From the NCBI RefSeq assembly GCF_018350175.1, contig NC_058368.1, positions 128,776,001 to 128,840,000 on the forward strand: a DNA stretch of 64,000 nucleotides. Direction: 5' to 3'. The DNA comes from Felis catus. Lineage: Eukaryota. The notes under the pieces were generated by a model, which saw only the letters and a list, made by a program, of their open reading frames with translations, had not been told where the DNA came from and did no database searches. A program made the translations under genes and the position numbers. Of this stretch, positions 22,921 through 32,999 are shown one piece after another. How positions within the stretch are numbered: position 1 is the first letter of the stretch; each line of letters starts with the position of its first letter.

Positions 22921-23802
22921 CTTGGTAGTGTCTTCGGAAAGGGGAGGAGGGAGGCAACGAGAGAAAAGACTATGTGGTTAATCAAATTTTGAAAAAGTTA
23001 CATCATACAATCAGTTAACTCAGAATTCCATTTTCACTCATTAGTTTGTTTTTAAAAAGCATTAAATGTACTATTTTAATAAAGACTGATATCTCCAGTT
23101 AAAAAAAACTAATCCAAGTATGATAACACTTAAAAGATGTAAAGTTAAAGATAAAAGTAAAAACCACGTGCAATCTGCCACGGGAACTACGCATTCTTGA
23201 TAGTCAAGACACATTTTATTAGCAGTCGACTTTTGTAAGAATTTTGAGTTTTAAACACTCATTCCAGACAACAGCTGAATCCTGTCTGTCATTTTTGGAC
23301 AAAACCTTAGTACTTTTATGTACTAATTAACAAAAGTATGAATCATCAAATTTGGTGTTTGAAAAGGACAAACCATGGAGTACATGAAAGGCCAGGAGAA
23401 AGAGAGGTAATGGATGGCTGTTTCCAGGAATGAAAAGGAGAAGCTATGGGAGCCATGAAAATATCTACATTCATATGCAAAGAAATAGGAGCAAAAAAGC
23501 CACATGCTATTTTATGTACTCTTTTGGCTCTGAGGACTCCTACTTGAGGACATAATTTAATAAAGGAGAAAATTACCCACAACAGGTGCCATGCATTTTG
23601 TTCCATTTTGAGTCGGTACGGGAGGGCCATCTGTTAAGGAAGGACGGTGTGGATCTGAGTGACATTTTCTATTTTGCCTCACAGGCTTTTCAACCTTTCA
23701 TGTTTGGGTCAACCTCTATTCAAAGCTGAGAATTAGAACACTTGGGTAGGAATGGGTGTATATACATCCACAATTTCAGCTGAGATTTAAAAAGTCATCT
23801 AC

Positions 23803-23938
23803 CTTATGCTTGAGTAGTTATTTCCAACTTTGTCCTGCGATTATTAGTGAGCCAATTACAATTTCAGATGACCCTTGCTTGTCTTCTTCTTCTTTAGCTC
23901 TACCATAGACTTGTGAGAGAAGATTTAAATTCTATATA
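23803..23938 (-). other. SMIM15: SMIM15 non-coding exon 2 (inferred, 136 nt)
   Basis: Minus strand reads ttttcttttatctgttcttttcaacccacccag|TATATAG ... CATAAG|gtagat, with a GAA-rich interior. Confidence 0.7.
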
Positions 23939-24599
23939 CTGGGTGGGTTGAAAAGAACAGATAAAAGAAAAAAATGTTTCAGTTACAACGTTCAGGATAA
24001 TTTGAATACAATTTCAAATGGAGTTACTTCGAAATTCTATATATGCAATCTATAAATGACATATTAAAATTGCCTGGCACATCAAAGACATTGAATATTT
24101 ATTTCCTCCTAATGTGAAGAAAGAAATCATTACTACAGCTGCAAACGCCCTCTAAGAAAATCCTAATTACGGGAGTAATTACAAGCATTTTACTACATTA
24201 CTTCAAAAATAAAATTATTTATGAAGCTCACTGGCATATTAAAAAAAAATTACAGCATATCCATTCCTGGGTCTTGAACTTTTTTGTCACTAATTTATAG
24301 GGCTAGGTACATAATTACAAAATCAAATACCTCGCTTTATTCTTTAACGGTTTTGGGGTCTATTCTACAATTCGTGTTCTTTTCAGAAAACCACCACAAA
24401 ATACAATCCCATCACTCAAGAAAACTACCACCAGTTTTAATATCCTTTCACCGGTCTCTTCATATATTTTCAACAGAGAACACTAATTAAAGTGACTCTA
24501 GGATATTGTTAAATACTCTAGCTTCTGTCCCCTACCCTTGAATTCGCAGGCCCCAACGTACACAAGAGGTCCATCTGTTTCTTCAGCTTCTCCAGCACG

Positions 24600-25700
24600 G
24601 TAACGAATTAACTAAGGCAAGCGAAAGAACTTTGCAAAAAACGAGGCACGCGGAAGTGAAGGACATGCTTTGTGGCAAAGTTTTAGCCATTAACACAAAA
24701 AAGTTATCGTCCATAAGCCACCAAGGCTCCCGTGCACTTTCGGACCCAAACGCGCGCGCCTCCCACACTTGGAGGAATAAATATTACTCCTCTTCCTTGC
24801 GTAAGGGCTCCCCCGGGCTTGCTCTCCAAACCAGTGCTGCGCGGCTCCCAAAGCTGCAACTGATGGTATTTCACGCCATCACAAGCCCCGTCCACCCTTG
24901 TTTCCCCTTGCTCATTCTTGCTCCCCCTACCTCACCCGGCCGCCGGCCCCAGGGGGCCACGTTCAATCTCCCCTCGGCCTCGGCGGGCACTGGCCCGGCG
25001 GGTCCCGGAGAGCGGGTGGCCCCCGGGAATCCTGGCTCAGTCCGCCAGTGCAGTGGCCGCCTCCTCTGGGCCGTGGGCAAAACAACTGTAGCGGCCGCCA
25101 CCAGCCCCTCCGCATCACGGCCGGGTCTTCGGGTTCGGACCCCTACTCCCAACTCACCTCCAGGCCGGAAGCAGGAAGGCGGAAGCCGCAGCTTTCCCGT
25201 CCCGCCCACAGGCCGGCCCCAGCCCGCAGTGGGCCTGAGGAAGTCGAGGGGCGAGTTTCCGGCTGCGCCATTGTTGTGTGGGTCCCGGGACCTCGACTTC
25301 CAGGACTCGCGGGGGCGGAGAGGCGGGGTAGGGCGGCGCACTGCTTATGGGCGAGCGGCAGGTGAGGCCGCGCGGGCTGTGTGGCTGCGCCCTGGCTGGT
25401 CTCTGGCCGGGAGCCGGAGTCCCGCGCCTCCTGCTGGGACGAAGGGGCGACCGTGAAGGCGCAGGTGGGCTCAGGCCTTCAGAAGCCGGTCCAGAACGCT
25501 GAGGGCCCTCTGCCTTTGCCCCCGATGCCTGCCAGGGGACAGCCCCCTCCAGTGCTGGAGCCACACCCTTGATGGAGGGCCCCGGTGGGTGAGGTCTGTA
25601 GCTCCTGGAAACAGACCCCAGAGCGGCGGCAAGAAAGGAGTTGGTCTCCACAATCCGCCCAAAGCCAAGGTGAGGGTCACTCAGCGGCTGTTGAAGGATT
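24600..25700. promoter_or_regulatory. SMIM15: CpG island, SMIM15 promoter (probably bidirectional)
   Basis: Sharp rise in GC and CpG. ETS/GABP-type motifs GCGGAAGTG (24651), CCGGAAG (25165), GCGGAAG (25179) and TTCCGG (25257). GC boxes at ~25311-25336 and a YY1-like GCGCCAT at 25265-25271. Confidence 0.9.
25158..25290 (-). other. SMIM15: SMIM15 exon 1 (donor well supported; start uncertain)
   Basis: Consensus donor GAG|gtgagt (GT at 25156-25157) inside the CpG island. The TSS cannot be determined. Confidence 0.65.
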
Positions 25701-27854
25701 CTGGCGAGTTTCTTCTCTTGGGTCACACCCACCCCTTGCCCCTCTCGTCTTCTGGTTGGACAATAGTTAAAGCCTCACCTACTGGAGACAGTGAAGCAGC
25801 TGGACCTTGGTGGATCCACTGAAGCTTGTTACTAAAGGAAAATGCAGCCCTGTGTGTGAGGAGGGATTTTTGTTGTTTGTTTTTAATTTGAGAACCTAAC
25901 TCATTTCACATACACACACAAATACACAAATGGTCGATACTTGCCCAACGTAAACTTGATAAATAAACTGGGCATAGAGTTCCCACAGAGATATTTGTTC
26001 TTTCAGTACACAAATAAAGGGATTCAAAAGTCAACAAGCAGATAGAGTGAGTTTAATATTGTCTTCTAGTCTACAGGAACTGAGAGATTAACTCTCGTTT
26101 GGTTGCGAGCAAATGTGATTGCTTGCCCTGAACGGCTGTTTGACTACCTCTGCGAATGTTGCAAGACCTCTTCACTTTTGTGTGCCAAATAAAGCAGGTT
26201 TTTATTCTCGAAAGACTATAGCATGTTCTCTTTAAGGAGCAAGCTGTGACATGTATAAATAGATGTAACAACAGTAACTATTATTTACCAGGGAACAGGC
26301 TTTTGGCAAATAATCTAGTGATCTGTAATACTGTTCGTTGGGCATATGTTAATGTTTGTATGTTGTATTAGCAGCAGTTGTTTTCTTACTCATTCTTGTT
26401 TGAAAACTTGGCCGATGGTTTCAAAGCTTGTGCTGCTTGGACCTAGCCTGTACCTGTAGTAGCCAGAAAAAGCAGACTCAGTCACTGGATTGTGTATACC
26501 GAATACTTTACTTGCTGGAGGTAACTATGTGATTTCTAAAAACTTGTTCAAAAAGGAATTCCTGGATGGGGTCAGATCGTATTTTAACATCCTTCACTCG
26601 AGAGGCCAAGATGTGTTTGTTTTGTTTACATCTTGTATACACTGTATACCCAATTATTGCCTTTCCAGTGGTTTGCTCTGCTGCTTCCCTTGTAAACGCA
26701 TAAGAGTCTTGGGTTGCAAGAAAAGGTGCGTAAGAAAGAAAGAAGCTTCCGTTCCCCTTTGGTTGTAGTGTAGACCATGCCTTCACAGCTTAGTGCTACT
26801 GATCTGGTTTTCAGTTCCAGGACAGGATGTAAGTAAGCCCAGGAATAGCATAGGCGTTCCCACAGCCGAGCCCTTTACTGCAACCTACATCGCGTTGATG
26901 AAAGGTGGCTTCAAGATTGGTTCAGATACTGTGGACTATTTTCTGTAGTGAGGAGTCGAAGCCTGTGAGTTCAGTTTCACAGGCCTGGTCTCTGCTGATC
27001 TGTATACACTGATAAGTCACTCTGAGCCTGTTTCCTCTTCTTTATGTGGACAGTGTACTAGGTTGTCTCTGGTGTTCTTTCAGCTTTAAAATTCTGTCCG
27101 TTGGACTGAATTTGGCCATTTTTCTAACTTGTGATTCATAAGCAGCAACAAAACAAAGAATTTAGTGGAAACATAGCCAGTTTTCGTAAGATCTTATTTA
27201 TTTGGAAAGATCCTGAATTGGGCTTTTATTCTTTCTCAAATGTCTTTTAGAATGCCAACTTAGAATAACTAGGAAATAAGCTCTGCTTGTATTTATTTTT
27301 AAGAAATCTTATTCATGAACCAAATTTTAAAAACCTTACACTATTAAGGAGGGTTTGTCTTTACATAATTCCTGTGTAGTGTATACACCACCTTCCCTAT
27401 TCACACTACTTATTGTTCTTGTATTTTGAAAATGGAGCATTACAAAATTTTAATCATTTTTTTCTTTTTTCTCTTAAGGTAAATCCTACTCTCATTTGTT
27501 TACAAAGTCTTTTTCTCTTGTATGGTATAAAGTCGCATTTCACCTGGACTCATGTCAAATTGTGAATGGAAAAAAATTGTGAATGAGTAAAATCTGAGTA
27601 AGATTCTGTTATAATAATATACACTTGACTAAAGATCTTGAGAATTTTCTTACCTGTTCAACATTTTGTGCTTATTTATCTTCACATATTTGACTTAATT
27701 TGATGAAACTGGTTTCTTCCCTAAATTTTATTTTGTGAGTTTTTCCTTTCATTGAAACATAATTAAAATACATGTCTTAAAATGCACACTTACATGATTT
27801 AAAAAGTAATCAGGCATTAGCGGTACTTGCAAGATCATACTGAAGAATAATAAT

Positions 27855-28050
27855 TTCTCAAAAGCTATTTATTGAGTGATTACTATGTACCAGGTACTGG
27901 TCTAGATGCTTCATATCTATTATCACTAATCCTGAGACTAAACAACCCCAAATGATAGTATTCTTCTACCCATTTTACAGATAAGGAATCAGAGACCTAA
28001 AAAGTAGAGCAGGATTCTAAACACATCTGGCCAAAATCCCAGCTCTTCTT
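27855..28050 (-). mobile_element. MIR
   Basis: tatttattgagtgattactatgtaccaggtactg and cccattttacagataaggaa cores. Confidence 0.7.
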
Positions 28051-30400
28051 TAATATCCAAAGACTTGTCAAAAAGTACTGATTTCATAAAATGAAAGTAC
28101 GTGTTTTGATTCTATAATTGTTAACTGACGATCACAACTAAAATTTTTCCGTACTTCAGAATTTCTTATTGCCCAGGTGGTGGCAGCATGTCTCAAAGAG
28201 CTAGTGTGGTGCAAAAGGTTCTCTTCAACCTTGCCAGTTGATTTGTCTCTTCATCTCACATACCTGATCTCTTTCAACCTCTACTTCTGTTTTGGGCTTT
28301 CACTACTATTAGACCTCTCCCTCAGTAATTAACTCCATCTTCCATCTTCCCTTCAGTTTCATCTTCTGAATAGGTCCTATTCTGCCCGTTTGCTTTCAGC
28401 CTGTTTTACTTACAATGCATCGCAAGATTTCTATTTTTTAGAATATCCATGTAGACCTAACCCAAGGAATTTTTTTTCAAATATTGTTATTTTTCACCCA
28501 TTGTTAAATATAGTTTGCAAGAAATGCATACTAAAATAATGAGCTAATATTATAAAATACTTGCTTAAATGAGAAGGCATATGTCTTCAACTTCTCAGAT
28601 ACACGAATTAAGGATGTAATGAAAACCTTTTATAAGATAGAATTAGTCTTCAAATTAAGAACAAGAACATTCAGGAGGGAGCGGTGCAAGTTTGTATAAT
28701 TCAGAAGGAATGCATATAAATATATAGCAGAATAACTAGTTAAACCTATTTTGGCCCAAAATTGCTTGGGACATTATTCTCATCTTTGCAGGGCAGACGC
28801 TACCTCCTCACAATAGCCCTCTTTACCTCTATCACTTTAATTTTTTTTTCATAGCACTCCAGTCTGACAACTTGTTTACTGGTTTGTCGTCTGTTTTTCC
28901 CAGTAGAAAGTAAGCTATGTGGGATCACTTACATTGGTACCTAGAATATTGTTTTGAATAATTGATTCCAAGATGTAGCATTGCTACCTACAGATAAAAC
29001 TGTTTTATTTTAATTTGTGGTTTGTACAAATCATGAAATAACCCAAATCCTGTGAATTTGTGAAGTCTGTATTAAAGTACCAAACACTTGTATGTTTTCA
29101 AGGTAATAAGGGATGCCCCATTAAGAAGAGGCCTAAAGATTAGTAAATAAGGTGTTTGGAGAAAGGTAAAGTAATTGTGATTATCTTGTTAATGAAAGAA
29201 CACTAATTGCTTACTAATTTCCGAGTATGTAAAAATACATATAAGGAACATGGCAGAACATCTTCATTGATGAGATAGAAGGAATTGGTCCTAGATTGTA
29301 GGTGCTAAGATTTAAGATAAGAGCAAGCTGGAATAGAGATCTTTGAAAATAGGGCAAAAGTGTATTTGCAGACTAGATGCCCTCTCTAGATATTTTCCAA
29401 CTTCATTATTCCCAATGCAGATTGCAGGAGAAATACTTAGATTAAAATAGCAGATACTTCTCTCGTTTATTATTCCTTGCTGCCCATGGCCTCTTGCATA
29501 CATTTTAGGAACATTCATTACACTTGAGCACAGTAGTCAGTACAGATAGTTACATATTGCTGCTTTGGGTAGTTGATAGAACTTTTTCTAACATAATACT
29601 GAAATCTGCTTTTTTAAAACTGAAACTGTTTACAGTTCTTTGTCTTCAGAATGTACTATACATGTGCTTGCAGCAAACTAATACCTTATAGTTGGAGGGC
29701 ATCCTTTTGGAAGCTTAAAATTTCCAGTAAATCCTCCTGAAGCCTTGGATTACAGTGCTGTTGAAATTGTCAGATTCTAAGCTTTGCTGCTGAATCTAGA
29801 GGTTTCAAATTTTAGGCCTGTCCCTAAATGAGGTAATTGTATTAGGCATGTTAAGTTAATTTTTATTTCTGTGCTGGGGTCTTCTAGCCATTAAATAAGA
29901 ATTGCTATCCCAGTTGGGAAAACTAATCCATGTGTCAGAATCTTTCAGTGTAAAAATGACGTTTATGGCAAAAGTAGCCCTTAGCAATATCACCTTCACT
30001 GGATAGAATTTTAATGAGAAACTTTCACCTTCACCTAAACAAGCTTCTTGAAGTAACCATATAAAACATTTTAACCATATTTGCTATATGATAATGTCAG
30101 GGACATTGTTCTCCATGTCATGTAGTACCCTTTATATAAAGTCCCATGTAAGATATTTTACAATGTGATTCTAAAAAACTTTTGAAAGCCACTTTTTGAT
30201 AGTAAGAGGTTTGCCTCTTTTTGATTGGACTGTCACAAAGCTCAAGAGCCAAATTTGAAGTTCATTTTTAACATCAATTCTGACCTGCATTCTTCCATTT
30301 CTTTTTAAATACATTTTTTCCTATGACAAGTATTATAGATCTGTAGTTATTGTATATGTTAATGTAGTAAGGTAAGTCAAGTTCTTGGTGAACTAAGGGA

Positions 30401-30467
30401 CTTAACCAACTGAGCCACACAGGCACCCTGGTTCAACTTTCTTTATAATGGCAGGTATTATTATTAT
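30401..30467 (-). repeat. 67-bp inverted copy of 31041-31107
   Basis: The reverse complement matches at 66/67. It includes 39 bp of flank plus the first 28 bp of the SINE at 31080. Confidence 0.95.
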
Positions 30468-31079
30468 TATTTTGCCTTTTTATCAAGTGCTAGTAAGTCA
30501 GACTTAAAAAAGACTTCTGATATGTAACAAGTAGTTATTTGCTAGTAAAATTCTTTCACTGATTCTAATTATAAGTCTGTTTTAAAATCTTACAACCATA
30601 TCTTTCAAAACTAGAGAATATAAGAAATCATTGTTTGAAATCGCATCCCAAAGTCTAATGCTAAAAGCTAGTTTGTACCTTTAATAGCCCTCATAGTATA
30701 GTGTGTATATTTGGAATCTAGTTTATAAAATAAACAAAATTTACTTGTGCCAGGCTATAAATATATATGGTTTATGTTCTCTATACCATCACTTACAGAC
30801 ATCTCCTACTCCCAAATTCATAAATTGCTCTTGCTGAGTTTACAGTTTGTGTTTTTAGGCTTTAAGTCAGGAAACGAAACAGTCTAAAATCTAAAAACTC
30901 AATTCTGATTCACATATGTACTCTTGAAGTAAAATAAATAACAGTGGTTGTGTGTGAGTTTCTAGAGGGTTTGAATTTGGAGTTTTTCTTCATTTTTAGA
31001 TTTGGCCTTGATCAACTAATTTTCCATTCTCTGTAGTCAGATAATAATAATACCTACCATTATAAAGAAAGTTGAACCA

Positions 31080-31305
31080 GGGTGCCTGTGTGGCTCAGTT
31101 GGTTAAGCATCCAACTTTGACTCAGATCATGATCTTACAATTCATGGGTTTGAGCCCTGTGTCAGGCTGTGTGCTGACAGCACAGAGCCTGGAGCCTGCT
31201 TTGAATTCTGTGTCCCTCTCTCTCTTTGCCCCTCCCCCGCTCCCACTCTGTCTCTCTCTCTCAAAAATAAGTAGGCATTAAAAAAAAGTAAAAGTTTAAA
31301 AAAAA
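31080..31305 (+). mobile_element. CanSINE
   Basis: gggtgcctgtgtggctcag head, core, CT tract and A tail. Confidence 0.92.
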
Positions 31306-32157
31306 AGTTTGGACCCATATTCTCTTGAGATTTTTTTCATCTCTCAATTTTAATATTCTATTGCAGGACTATACTGCAGTTGTAGATTTTGTATTATTAA
31401 TGACTATAGGTGTATAAGATTCTGATTTAGTTTCTAGTTCTAGGTTCATATTTGATTTCATGATGTGGAGCAAAAAAATCATTTACTGTTTCTCTGCCTG
31501 GGTTCCCATGTCCATAAAATAGAATTAAGAATACTTGTTTTTTGCAACACTAACTAGTTAATGAATAATTGTGTGGTATCCTCTTTAGAGAAGGTTGTAG
31601 TCTATAGAAACCATCTATAAATTGATTGTTGGGGCTTACACAGATTCCCAGCGAATTATGTTATAAATAGTGGTTACATTCATTTGGCCTGTAAATGCCT
31701 ATTTGACACACAGTATAAGTGGAAAGAGTGCCTTTGCATAAAGATGGTAGGAGATAATTTTCAATACTAGCAATAAAGTAGTAAAAATTAAATGAATTTT
31801 TGATTGCCTTATACCACAGTAAGGTCTTATACCAAGTGATGGAAAGTGGATTTACCTGAGTCCATATTTCCCCCAGATTTTTACATCCTGGAAGGTATGA
31901 ATGATTTGTCAGCACTTTTTGACCATCTTACCACATATACAGGATGATACATCTTATTGTATAGTCAGGCCAGGAATCACTGTTGCAGCTCTTTTCAAGT
32001 CGGCTAACCTTTTTATACCATAGGAAACTAAAGCTGCATATGGGTCTATAAATTATTCATGTGTGTATGCAATGCATACAGAATATATTTGTATACATTA
32101 ATCTGTGATGTGCCCCTCCCCCCACTCTATATGTGTAGAAAGATGTACAAACTCTTT

Positions 32158-32373
32158 TTCTTTTTTAATTTTTTTTTAATGTTAATTTTTGAGAGAGAGA
32201 GAGCATGAGCATGAGCGGGGGAGGGACAGAGAGAGGAGACACAGAATCTGAAGCAGGCTCCAGGCTCTTAGCTGTCAGCACAGAGCCCGACACAGGGCTC
32301 AAACTCATGAGCTATGAGATCGTGACCTGAGCCAAAGTCATTCGCTCAACTGACTAAGCCACCCAGGTGCCCC
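32158..32373 (-). mobile_element. CanSINE
   Basis: Head ...gccacccaggtgcccc and T tail, with actctttt on both sides. Confidence 0.92.
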
Positions 32374-32566
32374 TGAAGTATAGACTCTTTAGAGGAAGCC
32401 TCATGATTCTTACCAGTCTGTTCCAGCCTGCCATATAAATCTTCCAGCGTGATAGAAGACCATTTATTTCAGACCTCTGCAGTTCTAAGAGATACCTTCT
32501 TAGGGTACTGGTGCAGTACAGACTCTGGAACCAAACTACCTAATTTGAATTCCAGCTCTTCCTCTT

Positions 32567-32995
32567 GTTAGGATCATGAGGCTACTATGAGAATGCACCT
32601 CACAGACCCCCACTGCAAGGACTTTAAGTGACCAAGGATCCCAGCTGCTATGCTCTGAAATCCATCACTGTATTTGTGCCAAGACCTTACTTCTTTCACA
32701 GCTCAATGACTGAGCATGGCAGAGATACTAAGGCCCATTTTGGGGAGACACAGCCTCCTCTGATGGCCAACAGGGACACAGTACTCTCCCATCACTTTGC
32801 CAAGCCTTCTTTATGCAACATGGCCCTCTAGAACCCTTCCACTCAGTCTTCCTTCCCTCTCTCTTTCACTTAGAGTCAGACTTGCATCATGATGTGACAT
32901 TTCACCCAGTCTTCTTGGCTCCCCACCTCCCGATTATCTCTCATAGATATTTACCCAATAAAAATCTTACATATTTAATAACATCTTTGCTGCTG
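32567..32995 (+). mobile_element. LTR16-like LTR (ERV-L class)
   Basis: aatgactgagcatggcagagatactaaggc and cccaataaa match the recalled LTR16 family. It directly precedes an ERV internal region. Confidence 0.65.
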
Positions 32996-32999
32996 GGAC

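Noticed and set aside
23164..23196. E-box and ERSE/ZNF143-like words in SMIM15 intron 2
   Set aside because: Spacing and bases do not fit the consensus motifs, and short words occur by chance.
24632..25822. 274-aa, 192-aa and other ORFs in the CpG island
   Set aside because: Pro/Gly/Arg/Ala-rich frames on both strands are expected from GC content; mostly non-ATG starts and no domain.
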